Positions 54,153 through 62,981 are shown, numbered from the stretch's first letter. The stretch is 64,000 bases of DNA from an uncultured Acidobacteriota bacterium (GCA_963756455.1 CAVWNC010000003.1:2456090-2520089), one strand, 5' to 3'. Made by a program: numbers and translations. The notes: generated from the letters alone by a model not told the origin.

Positions 54153-55158
54153 GCAGCTCCACCGCCTCCTGAAGGACTTCTTGCCGGAAGTATCGGCTGA
54201 GGTCGCTCGCCGTACGGAGATCGACTTTGAATCCGATCAGCTCGCTGAGCTCCCTTTCCATGCGGGCCATGTCCAGCAGAGTGACGCGCGTCCCGGGCTC
54301 GAACTCCACGAGCAGGTCCAAGTCGCTGTCCTCGCGAAGGTCCTCGATCCGGTCTCCCAGGATGGAGCCGAAAGCCTTGAGGTGCCGGATGGAATGCTCG
54401 CGGCAGTAGCGATCGATCTCCCGGAGGCGCCTCTTCAAATCCTCCTCGTCGTGAGCACGGATGACCGGGAGCTGGAAATAAGGCGATTCCTGTCGGAGGA
54501 TTCTCCCTTCGTCTTCCAGGTCAAGGAGGAGAGCCTGGTCGCGAAGGATCGAGATGCGTCCGAATCGATACTCTGGCTCCTCCCTGACATACCACTCCTG
54601 CACCTTCTGCTTCAGGATTGGCGCCCCCCGATCCAGGGGGAGCAACAGGCCGAGCCCCGTCAAATCGTAAATGAGAAGGTGGTCCAGGTCGAAGCGGCCG
54701 TGCCTGAGCGCCTCCGCCTTCTTGAGGAAAGCCGAGAAGAGGATCTCCGCCCATAGCTTCGCCGCTTCCCTTTCTGGCGTGTTGATGTCGACGGGTAGAA
54801 TCAGCTGGTCCTCGGCCCTGCTCGCCACGGCGAGCCTTCTCTGGTACTCCTCTGTAGAGCCATCCGTCAGCTCGAAGGTCTCGCGCCGCCCGTCCGGCCA
54901 CTCGAGAACGAAGTCTGGAGGGTCTTGTCCCTCGGGGGGCTTCCGCAAAGTCACGGGGAGAGCCAGGAGATTCTCTCCGGCGAGGAAATGCAGGTAACGC
55001 AGGATGCAGAAGTGTTCTCGCTGATCCCGGCTCCGGCCTTCGTGTCGCGCGGGAACCGGTTGGTCGAGCCGGTCGAGGGTCGCGAGCAGGTGGTCGCGTT
55101 CCGTGAAGTGGACCGAATGACCGGGCCTGAGGAGGACTTTGTCGATGTCATGGACCAT
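54136..55158 (-). CDS. mntA: MNT-type nucleotidyltransferase antitoxin fused to an uncharacterised ~235-aa N-terminal domain
   Basis: The C-terminal ~100 aa read ..LKAFGSILGDR..DSDLDLLVEF..KVDL.. (GS..DxD NTase). The N-terminal part has no family I recognise, and no internal start precedes the NTase part. Confidence 0.75.
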   Translation of the reverse strand: MVHDIDKVLLRPGHSVHFTERDHLLATLDRLDQPVPARHEGRSRDQREHFCILRYLHFLAGENLLALPVTLRKPPEGQDPPDFVLEWPDGRRETFELTDGSTEEYQRRLAVASRAEDQLILPVDINTPEREAAKLWAEILFSAFLKKAEALRHGRFDLDHLLIYDLTGLGLLLPLDRGAPILKQKVQEWYVREEPEYRFGRISILRDQALLLDLEDEGRILRQESPYFQLPVIRAHDEEDLKRRLREIDRYCREHSIRHLKAFGSILGDRIEDLREDSDLDLLVEFEPGTRVTLLDMARMERELSELIGFKVDLRTASDLSRYFRQEVLQEAVELRAARG

Positions 55159-55265
55159 CGCTCTATCCTCCTGCTACAAACCACTGTCGTGTCAACCGAT
55201 GTCCCAGCAGGGCCTTCATCTGGAGAGTATACCTTCGGCGGAGATGGTGGCGAAGGCGAGCGCCG

Positions 55266-55454
55266 GTGCCAATCTCCGTGGTCCGCGATTACCTCGCCGA
55301 GCGGATCAATCTCGGGAAGGCGGCCGAGCTTTTTCAGCTCTCCCGTTTCGAGCTCGAGGAGAGCTTTCAGCGGCTCGGGATTCCGCTTCGGCGAGGACCC
55401 CGCTCCCTCGAGGACGCGCAGGCCGAGATCGCCGTCGCCCGCCGGCACGCCTGA
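55266..55454 (+). CDS. UPF0175-family antitoxin-like small protein (orphan)
   Basis: 62 aa containing ..INLGKAAELFQLSRFELEESFQRLGIP... No DUF3368/PIN partner lies downstream. Confidence 0.55.
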   Translation: MPISVVRDYLAERINLGKAAELFQLSRFELEESFQRLGIPLRRGPRSLEDAQAEIAVARRHA

Positions 55455-55525
55455 CCAGCTCCAGACGTCTGCCCTGGGTCCAGGCGTGGGGGCAGGCTGC
55501 GGAGGTGGGTGGGTAACCTGGGTGC

Positions 55526-55924
55526 TCAGACGGCCGGAAACGACACCCACGGAAGGCCGTCGATATGGCTGAAGTGAGGATCGGAGGAGAGGAGCTCCGC
55601 GCCTGCTTCCATCGCATGCGCTGCAATCCAGATGTCGTTCGTCGGGATGGGCCTCCCTTTCTTCCGCAACGCGGCAGAAAGGCGCCCGCACCCATCAGCG
55701 GTATCCCAGGTGACCAGCAGCAGGCGAACGTTCGGATCTTCGAGGAAGGAGCTGAGCGCTCGGCCGTTCTCTTCGTAGCGGGAGCCGTTCCGGAAGCCGA
55801 ACAGCAACTCCCCAACGACGACGATCGACAAGAGCACCTCTTCCGAGCTTCGCACTTGCTCGGCGACGAGCTCTTGACCCTGCCGTAGGGCCGTGTAGGC
55901 GTTGGTATCGAGAAGGACTTTCAC
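55526..55924 (-). CDS. vapC: PIN-domain toxin VapC
   Basis: 132 aa. MKVLLDTNAY.. (Asp6), ..VVGELLFG.. and ..NDIWIAAHA.. Confidence 0.88.
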   Translation of the reverse strand: MKVLLDTNAYTALRQGQELVAEQVRSSEEVLLSIVVVGELLFGFRNGSRYEENGRALSSFLEDPNVRLLLVTWDTADGCGRLSAALRKKGRPIPTNDIWIAAHAMEAGAELLSSDPHFSHIDGLPWVSFPAV

Positions 55925-56202
55925 TGCCAGAAGGATTCGTCGACCTGCTCGAAGATCTCGGCGGCCTTGAGGATTTCGGCTTCCTGTTCCGCCGACCAGG
56001 TGCCGATGAAACGATCCAGGGCATGGCCGATCGCCCTGGACGGCTCGTAGGATCCCCGATCCTCTTGTCCTTCTTGGCGAACGAGCGTCAGGCGCACGGT
56101 TTGACCGCCAGGGCTCGTGATGACGACCTCTTGCCCGGCTGCCGCCTCCTCGATCAGCTCGCCGAGGTGTGCTTCCGCTTCGTCGAAGCTGACTCTGATC
56201 AT
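55921..56202 (-). CDS. Phd/YefM-type antitoxin of the VapC module
   Basis: I trimmed to the ATG at 56202 (MIRVSFDEAEAHLGELIEEAAAGQEVVITS). It has a 4-bp overlap with vapC. Confidence 0.8.
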   Translation of the reverse strand: MIRVSFDEAEAHLGELIEEAAAGQEVVITSPGGQTVRLTLVRQEGQEDRGSYEPSRAIGHALDRFIGTWSAEQEAEILKAAEIFEQVDESFWQ

Positions 56203-56359
56203 AGCGACAAGGATACCACTCCTACCTGTGCCCAAGACCAAGCTGCGGAGGCTGTAGTGTCGAGAGGTGGTGCCGATGCCTCCCAGGATGCGGAGGTAAT
56301 GTCTTTTTGAGGAGACTGATGAAGGGCCTGGGTCGCCCAAAGACGGAACGGATGTGAAA

Positions 56360-56435
56360 TGGTGGAGCAGAAGGGATTCGAACCCTCGACCCCCACGTTG
56401 CGAACGTGGTGCTCTCCCAGCTGAGCTACTGCCCC
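56360..56435 (-). tRNA. tRNA-Ala(CGC): tRNA-Ala (anticodon CGC), CCA encoded
   Basis: The reverse complement is GGGGCAGTAGCTCAGCTGGGAGAGCACCACGTTCGCAACGTGGGGGTCGAGGGTTCGAATCCCTTCTGCTCCACCA. It shows the G3:U70 pair, a TTCGCAA anticodon loop and a GGTTCGAATCC T-arm. Confidence 0.93.
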
Positions 56436-56490
56436 ACACCGGCTGGACGGCGTATTGTACTCGGGGTCCGCCATGGCCACAAGCCGGCTG

Positions 56491-56792
56491 GCGCCTTAGG
56501 CCAGGGTCTCGTCAAAGTCGTGCCTGTTCGCGAGAAGCCCTTCTAAATGTCACCCCGAAGGGGTGCGGGTTGGTAGCCTGGGGCGAGAGCCCCAGGTTGG
56601 GGTAACCACAAGAAAACAAAAGCCCCGAAGGGGCGAAGGTACGGGTGGAATTACCGTCGCCCCTTCGGGGCTGGAGATTCCTTTTCTTCCCCTTTCCTGG
56701 GGTTTGCACCCCAGGCTACCGACCCAAGCCCCTTCGGGGCGAAGAGAAAAGCGACTTTGACGGAACCTTGCGCCTTAGGCACCTTGGTCTCG
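56491..56792. repeat. nested-palindrome MITE-like element flanked by about 21-23-bp direct repeats
   Basis: Arms run 56512-~56640 and ~56650-56760 (TCAAAGTCG..CGACTTTGA). Sub-hairpins are CCCCGAAGGGG and GGTAGCCTGGGG..CCCCAGG. Direct repeats GCGCCTTAGGC..GGTCTCG sit at 56491 and 56770. Confidence 0.75.
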
Positions 56793-56870
56793 CCTCGGTC
56801 ACCCACGTGCAGTTCTAGGGGTCTGTCCAAGCTGAATCGACAGCGACCGAGCTCGGGAGGAGCGAAAAAG

Positions 56871-57143
56871 GCCTCGAATTCCTGCCAGAGCGCCTCCAAT
56901 TGCCGACAGAGCGCCTCGAATTCATGACAGAGCGCCTCGGATTCTTTCCCAAGCGCCTCGGATTCTTTCCCAAGCACCTCGGATTCAATCCCGAGCGCCT
57001 CGAGTTCAATTCCAAGGGCCTCGGATTCAATCCCGAGCGCCTCGGATTCAATCCCAAGGGCCTCGAATTCAATCCAGGGTCCTCGGATTCAATCCCGAGG
57101 GCTTCTGGCGGAATTCCGAGGCGTTTTGGCGGTCCCCGAAGAT
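56871..57143. repeat. 13 x 21-bp tandem array (consensus GCCTCGGATTCAATCCCRAGS)
   Basis: Units start at 56871 and continue every 21 bp exactly. All six frames stay largely open across the array. Confidence 0.92.
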
Positions 57144-57402
57144 ACTTTTCGTCCTCTCTGGGGGACAGAACAGGAGCCGAGGGGGAGCTCTCAGGATCCC
57201 GACGAGACTTTTTTCACCCTCGGAGAACCCCTTTGGGCAACTGGAGTCCTTCCGGAGGTCGCCGGCGGCAGCTCGATGCACGACATCCAGCAATTCTGCG
57301 AGGACAGACCCCTAGGACACGGGGCGGTTTTGGGAGTACCGTAGGAGATGTTTTGCTCCGGCGGCGAGGGGTCGCCGAGCTTTCCCGTCGAGAGGAGAAC
57401 CC

Positions 57403-58266
57403 ATGAAGAGCCAGGGACCGCGTCCGCGGTGGTGCAGGGGAGGGATGGCGTTGCTTGCCGTTCTCGTCGCGTCTCCCGTCCTTGCCGGAGAGAGGCTCAC
57501 CCGGGGCGCCGACCTCTGGGAGACCTCGACCGGTCTGTCCTACAGCAGCTTCAAGGCGGAGCCCATTCCGGCGGACTTCTTCTGCCCCGGCTCGGAGCCG
57601 TTCACCGGCGTGATCCAGCTCAATGGCAAGCCGCTGGCGACCGCGCCGGCCGGCGCCCTGGGCAAGATCGACACCATCGTCCGGCGGCTGGACGACGCGG
57701 TGCTGAACGACAAAGGGGAGGCCTCGACCCGCATCCAGCTGATGGCCCTCTCGCTCGCCAGCGTCAAGCCGATCGAGACCCGCTGCGGCCGCTACAACGT
57801 CACCTCCTCGCTGGCCGGCGCGCAGCCCACGACCACCATGCGCATCCTCAAAACCAGCGATGGCGGCGGCACCTACATCGCGCCCCTCTCGCTCAACGTC
57901 AAGCTCACCTTCACGCCGGTCTCCGGCCAGGGCGCGAGCCGCGAGATCGACCACCATATCGACATGGGCCCGGCGAGCGGAGAGGTGTGGTCCTTCCAGC
58001 CGGCCCTCGCCCGGACGGGCACGGTGCGCGTGGACACGGACGGCGACGGGGTGCCCGACACGGAGGTCCCCGGCCCCTCGAACTTCCGCGCCGGCGTAGC
58101 CCCGGTCTCCTCGATGATCGGCGTCGTGAATTGCCAGGTCTGCCACTGCAATCCCAACTCGAGCGACCCCAACCAGTCGGCCTCGGGTTGCGATCACCTG
58201 CACTGCATCACCGTGCAGATGCAGGGGCCCTGCCCGGCGACGAGCCAGATCAACTACACCGACTAG
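57403..58266 (+). CDS. secreted hypothetical protein with Cys-rich C-terminus
   Basis: 287 aa with SD GAGAGGAG and a signal-like MALLAVLVASPVLAG. Contains ..DTDGDGVPD.. and ..CQVCHCNPNSSDP..CDHLHC.. Confidence 0.7.
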   Translation: MKSQGPRPRWCRGGMALLAVLVASPVLAGERLTRGADLWETSTGLSYSSFKAEPIPADFFCPGSEPFTGVIQLNGKPLATAPAGALGKIDTIVRRLDDAVLNDKGEASTRIQLMALSLASVKPIETRCGRYNVTSSLAGAQPTTTMRILKTSDGGGTYIAPLSLNVKLTFTPVSGQGASREIDHHIDMGPASGEVWSFQPALARTGTVRVDTDGDGVPDTEVPGPSNFRAGVAPVSSMIGVVNCQVCHCNPNSSDPNQSASGCDHLHCITVQMQGPCPATSQINYTD

Positions 58267-58405
58267 CCGGACGGCAAGGAATGCGGCGGCCCCACCGGGG
58301 CCGCCGCGAAGTTGGAAATGCGCTTCCGTCGGCTCACCGGCACCAGGACGACCTTCACCGTCCCTTCCTCCAAGGTCTTCGACCGCGCCTCGACTACAAT
58401 CCCCG

Positions 58406-59134
58406 TTGAGTCCGAGAGACGGAGAGGCGGTCACCTTGCGCGAGATTCCCGAGCTTTTTGCCAACAACCGGCGGTGGGCGGCGGAGATCACCGCCCGCGA
58501 GCCCTACTTTTTTGCGCGCCTTGCGGCCCAGCAGGCCCCGGCGTATCTGTGGATCGGGTGCGCCGACAGCCGGGTGCCCGCCAACGAGATCGTCAACCTG
58601 CTGCCCGGGGAGCTCTTCGTCCACCGGAACGTGGCGAACGTCGTGGTGCACACCGATCTCAACTGTCTCTCGGTCCTCCAGTACGCGGTCGAGGTGCTCC
58701 GGGTGCGGCATGTGATCGTCTGCGGGCACTACGGCTGCGGCGGCGTGCAGGCGGCCCTCGAAGGGGCCAAGCTCGGGCTCATCGACAACTGGCTGCGCCA
58801 CGTCCAGGACGTCCGGGGGAAGTACGCCGCGCAGATCGACGCGCTCGTAAGCCCCGCCGCCCGGGCCGACCGGCTCTGCGAGCTCAACGTGCTGGAGCAG
58901 GCCCGGCACGTCTGCGCCACGACGGTCGTCGAGGACGCCTGGGCACGCGGCCAGTCGCTCGCCGTCCACGGCTGGATCTACCGGTTGGACGACGGGTTGA
59001 TCCGGGACCTGGGCTTCTCGGTGATCGCGCAGCGGGAGGTCGCGCCGACGATGGAGCGGGCGGTGGCGGCTCTCGCGGTATCGGCGGTATCGGCGGCATC
59101 GCCGGCATCGCCGGCATCCACCCAACCTCGCTGA
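58406..59134 (+). CDS. can: beta-class carbonic anhydrase
   Basis: ..WIGCADSRVP.. and ..VCGHYGCGGV... The likelier start is the TTG at 58436 (M/LREIPELF), which is preceded by GGAGAGG. Confidence 0.88.
   Translation: MSPRDGEAVTLREIPELFANNRRWAAEITAREPYFFARLAAQQAPAYLWIGCADSRVPANEIVNLLPGELFVHRNVANVVVHTDLNCLSVLQYAVEVLRVRHVIVCGHYGCGGVQAALEGAKLGLIDNWLRHVQDVRGKYAAQIDALVSPAARADRLCELNVLEQARHVCATTVVEDAWARGQSLAVHGWIYRLDDGLIRDLGFSVIAQREVAPTMERAVAALAVSAVSAASPASPASTQPR
59075..59119 (+). repeat. 5 x 9-bp in-frame microsatellite in the carbonic anhydrase tail
   Basis: gcggtatcg gcggtatcg gcggcatcg ccggcatcg ccggcatcc encodes AVS AVS AAS PAS PAS. Confidence 0.85.
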
Positions 59135-59173
59135 AGGTTTGAGGTTGGGTGGACGCTGCCGGCTTCGGGAAGG

Positions 59174-60505
59174 CTACGGCGTGTCGTTCGCCGCGAAGAG
59201 GCGGGAACCGCCGGTCTGGCGGGCGATGGTCGCGAGCGCCGTCCGGGTGTTGGTGCCGCCGGTGACGCAGCTCCCCGTACAGCCGTCGGCGTAGCCGACG
59301 AGGACCCGGCCCTGGGCGTCGACCGTGACGTCGATGAAATCGAGCAGGTTGCGGGTCGTGCTGCAGGTGGTGCCGGCGGTGCAGATCGAGCCGATCTGCA
59401 CCGGATCGCTCGGGGTGGCGTCGACCGTCGTCCAACTGGCGCCGCGGTCGGTCGTCGAGGCGATATAGAGATGCCAGACGCCGGGGAAGGTCGGGACGTC
59501 GCCGATCCCGTCGGCGCCGGGGGTCGGGGTACCGAGGAAGGCGTAGGCGGCGCGGTCGCCGTCCCCCGCCACGACGGCCGGGAAAGCGGTGTTCTGGATG
59601 CCGAAGGGAGCCCCGGCGTCCGCCGGCGCCGACCAGGTGATCCCGCGGTCCCGGGAGACGGCGATCCGGGCGTGGCCGTCGCCGTCGGCATAGCCGAAGT
59701 AGAGGGTGCCGTCGCTGCCCACCCCCACCGAGGGATCGCTGCCGGCGCCCGCGGTGCTCCCGGGGATCGTCCGCACCGTCCAGCTGAGGCCGTCGTTGGT
59801 CGAGACCGAGACCCCCTGACCGCTGCCGCAGCTCTTGTTGGGGACGTAGGCCGTGCCGTCCGGGGCGACCTTGACGTGGCCGTGGAGCCCGTCGCACTGG
59901 AGGAGGGTGTAGATCGGCACCGCCGGATCGAAGGTCAGGCCGCCGTTCAGGCTCACCGCGCAGGCCGCGTAGGCGATGTTTTGCGAGCAGTAGTAGACCG
60001 CGTGCTGGGCGAGGAGGGTCGGGAAGCCTGCCGCGAACGAGCCGGCCCCCACCGTCTGGTGGTCGACCCCGGAGGTGATCCCGGTGACGAGGCCGGGGAG
60101 CCAGCTCGCGCCGTCGTTGTCGGTGAACGCCATCAAGCTCGTGTTTCCGGCGAGTTGGGCGACGTAGGTACGCCCGAGCTTCGCGTCGGTCGAGAGGATG
60201 GGATCGAGCGTCGTCAGGCTGGTCAGGGTGTAGCTCACGTCCTCCCAGAAGGCGGTCGCCGGGGCGTGCGAGTCGTCGAAGCTGACCCGGAGGGTCTGCA
60301 GACCGGCGAGATACATCACCTTGCCGCTCGTGAAGCTCACCCCGATCGACGGCTCTCCGGCGCTGGTGCCGAGGGGGTCTGGAGCGGGGTAGTTGGCGTA
60401 GGTGGGAGGACCGGCAGCGGAAGCGGGGTGGGCGAGTGAGGCGGCGAGGAGAGGTGCCAGAGCCAGGAAGACCACGGCTCGGCCGCGATTGCGAGACACC
60501 TGCAT
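59174..60505 (-). CDS. secreted BNR/Asp-box repeat (sialidase-like beta-propeller) protein
   Basis: I trimmed to the ATG at 60505, which is preceded by AGGAGG. It has a signal peptide. Asp-boxes are TDNDGASW, STNDGLSW, SRDRGITW and TTDRGASW. Confidence 0.8.
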   Translation of the reverse strand: MQVSRNRGRAVVFLALAPLLAASLAHPASAAGPPTYANYPAPDPLGTSAGEPSIGVSFTSGKVMYLAGLQTLRVSFDDSHAPATAFWEDVSYTLTSLTTLDPILSTDAKLGRTYVAQLAGNTSLMAFTDNDGASWLPGLVTGITSGVDHQTVGAGSFAAGFPTLLAQHAVYYCSQNIAYAACAVSLNGGLTFDPAVPIYTLLQCDGLHGHVKVAPDGTAYVPNKSCGSGQGVSVSTNDGLSWTVRTIPGSTAGAGSDPSVGVGSDGTLYFGYADGDGHARIAVSRDRGITWSAPADAGAPFGIQNTAFPAVVAGDGDRAAYAFLGTPTPGADGIGDVPTFPGVWHLYIASTTDRGASWTTVDATPSDPVQIGSICTAGTTCSTTRNLLDFIDVTVDAQGRVLVGYADGCTGSCVTGGTNTRTALATIARQTGGSRLFAANDTP

Positions 60506-60623
60506 AGAGCCTCCTAGGGAAGGGTTCGGGACCGAGGGTGGACCCGCCTGGGAAAGTGAAGCGCTAGCAGTTTGGATGCCAAGTGCCCAAGGCTTCAACC
60601 CTCCCTGAGGTGCAGACGGCGGG

Positions 60624-62036
60624 TCACACGGCCGGGGGGGCGGCGGTCCCGTCGAGCGCTTCGGACTCCGCCGCCGAGGCCGGAGCGATGAGGTCCGCCA
60701 GGGTGAGCTCGCCGAGCTTTTGGCCGCGGGCGCGGGCGAGGTCGGCGATGAGGGCTTCCATCCGGTCGTGGACCGCATCGACCACCGGCTCGACGGCGCG
60801 GCGGGCGCGGTGGTCGTAGGCGGCGAAGACCCGTTCGATCGGCAGCTCCTCCGGCGCGGCCCCCAGGAGATAGCCGGCGCCGCCCGCGCTCGTCCGCAGG
60901 AGCTTGTGGGAGAGGAGCGGATTGAGCACCCGGTCGAGCCCGCGCGGCTGCACCTGGAGCCTTTCGGCCAGGGTCTCGTGGGTGAGATAGGGCTCGCCGC
61001 GGGCGGCCGAGCGGGCGATGACGGCGAGGGCGGCGAGGCCCACCCAGGTTCCCTGGAGGGGCTGGTTGGGGTGCGGTCCCTGGGCCAGGTGGGCGAAGTT
61101 CTGCGCCGTGTAGGCGGCCTCGCTCCCCAGGAGGACGATCGTCCAGGTGAGCTCGATCGACATCATGAAGAGGAGGAGGAAGGCGAAGCTCCCGTAGACG
61201 ATGTTGACGTTCCTGAAGAACTCGACGTAGGAGGCGAACCCCTGGCGGAGGAGCTCCAGGAGGATGGCGGCGAAGAGGCCGCCGATGACGGCGTTTCGTA
61301 CCTGCACCCGAGTGTAGGGGACGACCCAGTAGAGCATCGTCAAGCCGAAGGCGGTGGCGACGAAGGGCAGCACCTGGAGGAGGACCGAGGCCTCGAACAC
61401 CTCGCGGAGGGCCGAATTCTGGCGCAGGAGGATGAGGCTCGTGAAGGTGGCGCCGAGGAGGAGCGGCCCCCAGAAGAAGAGGAGGACGAAGGAGAGCAGC
61501 CGGTTGCGGATCGGCCGCCGCTTCGAGACGCTCCAGATCTTGTTGAAGGCCTCCTCGATCGTCGTGAAGGCGAAGAGCGAGGTGGCGAAGAAGGCGAGGA
61601 TGCCGAAGCCGTGGATCGTCCCCGCCTGGTCCAGGAATTGGCGGAGCTTCTCGACCACCGTCTCGTCCGAGTAGGGGAGGACCTGGACGAAGACTTCGAG
61701 GCTCCGCCTTTGGTACTGGTTGAACACCCGGGTGCCGACGAAGGAGAAGGCGGCGAGGAGCGGCACCATCGAGAGCATGGTGACGAAGGCGAGCGCCGAG
61801 GCGGTGAGGAAGATGCCGTCCTGGTGGGCCTGGCGCAGGAGGAGGCCGAGGAAGCGCCAGAATCGTTCCGCCGTCACGACGAAAGACGGCCGCCGCGAGC
61901 CGTTCCGTTGGCGCGGCGAGCGCGGGCCGCGCCGCAGCCGGGACAGGGTAGGCTCCCGGCGGGACGCCCCCTGCGCCCGGCGCGGAGATCCGGCGGTCAC
62001 GCGCCCGCGGGTGCCTTCTGGGGGGACGGTCTTCAT
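60624..62036 (-). CDS. YihY/BrkB-family membrane protein with C-terminal winged-helix-like extension
   Basis: ..ASALAFVTMLSMVPLL..EEAFNKIW..VPYTRV..GSFAFLLLFMMSIELTW.. Confidence 0.8.
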   Translation of the reverse strand: MKTVPPEGTRGRVTAGSPRRAQGASRREPTLSRLRRGPRSPRQRNGSRRPSFVVTAERFWRFLGLLLRQAHQDGIFLTASALAFVTMLSMVPLLAAFSFVGTRVFNQYQRRSLEVFVQVLPYSDETVVEKLRQFLDQAGTIHGFGILAFFATSLFAFTTIEEAFNKIWSVSKRRPIRNRLLSFVLLFFWGPLLLGATFTSLILLRQNSALREVFEASVLLQVLPFVATAFGLTMLYWVVPYTRVQVRNAVIGGLFAAILLELLRQGFASYVEFFRNVNIVYGSFAFLLLFMMSIELTWTIVLLGSEAAYTAQNFAHLAQGPHPNQPLQGTWVGLAALAVIARSAARGEPYLTHETLAERLQVQPRGLDRVLNPLLSHKLLRTSAGGAGYLLGAAPEELPIERVFAAYDHRARRAVEPVVDAVHDRMEALIADLARARGQKLGELTLADLIAPASAAESEALDGTAAPPAV

Positions 62037-62189
62037 GCGCTTTAAGGGTCTCGGGAGGGAAGTCTACCCTATCCTTCGGAGCGAGCACGGCATGAATCCT
62101 GCTAAGTACTTCGGGTAGCTTGTGGGCCTCCTCGGTTCAGGAGGCACCTTTCATCTCCACCAGTACCTATAGATTCCTGGAGGCAAACC

Positions 62190-62603
62190 ATGGCCGATAC
62201 ACCGGTGAGCGACACGCTGGACGACCTCAAGAGCAATGTTTCAGCGGCTGCCGAAAAGGCACGTGACGGGGTGAACGACACCGTCAATACCGCCCGCGAC
62301 AAGTGGAAGGGTGTCAGCGACGACGTCCAGAGCCGCTATCGCAAGGTGAGCTCCGACGTGCGCCGCGGCGCCGAGCGGGCGAGCGAGCAGCTGCGCAAGC
62401 AGGCCGAGGCGGCGCGCGAGCGCTATGACGACACCGCGGAGAGCGTCAAGGACGGCTACAACAAGCTCAAGAGCCAGGCCGGCGACGCCTCCGACCAGCT
62501 CAGCACCTACGTGCGCCAGAACCCGGGCAAGTCGGTGCTCATCGCGGCCGGCGTCGGCTTCCTCTTGGGGCTGCTCTTCCGCGGCCGCAACAACGACGAC
62601 TAG
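62190..62603 (+). CDS. DUF883/ElaB-YqjD-family membrane-anchored stress protein
   Basis: 137 aa with a charged helical body and the C-terminal anchor ..NPGKSVLIAAGVGFLLGLLF. Confidence 0.8.
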   Translation: MADTPVSDTLDDLKSNVSAAAEKARDGVNDTVNTARDKWKGVSDDVQSRYRKVSSDVRRGAERASEQLRKQAEAARERYDDTAESVKDGYNKLKSQAGDASDQLSTYVRQNPGKSVLIAAGVGFLLGLLFRGRNNDD

Positions 62604-62709
62604 GAAGAGACCTGTATAGGAGGCTGTTTCGTTACAGCGAAACGCCCCCCACCTGTGGGGGGCGTGCAGGCCACAACCAGCACGTTGATGCAGACAGGGA
62701 GACGACGAC

Positions 62710-62946
62710 ATGGCGAGCAGTGCTCCGGATTTCGCGGATGAGGTGATTGACGAGCTGATGCCCTCGGGCTTCGACTGGGAGCGCCTGGTGCGCACCTATC
62801 CGATCCCGGCCCTCCTTCTGGCCGCCCTAGGCGGCTTCATGCTCGGCCGGCACCGCGGTCCGGTCGTCGTCGGAGCGCTGTCGAGCTTCGCGGCCTCCCA
62901 GGTGACCTCGGGGGTCAACGCTCTCCTCGGGGACGACATCCTGTAG
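62710..62946 (+). CDS. small single-TM protein, unknown function
   Basis: 78 aa containing ..YPIPALLLAALGGFMLG... It lies immediately downstream of the ElaB-like gene. Confidence 0.5.
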   Translation: MASSAPDFADEVIDELMPSGFDWERLVRTYPIPALLLAALGGFMLGRHRGPVVVGALSSFAASQVTSGVNALLGDDIL

Positions 62947-62981
62947 AGTGGCGGGGCGCCCGGGCTCGGGCGACGGACGCC

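Noticed and set aside
56900-57406. A 168-aa plus ORF through the 21-bp array, ending in an ATGA overlap with the next gene.
   Set aside because: It is open only because the repeat lacks stops. It has a TTG start without an RBS, and the post-repeat half is Arg/Gly-rich. I kept it as an open question in the findings rather than as a feature.
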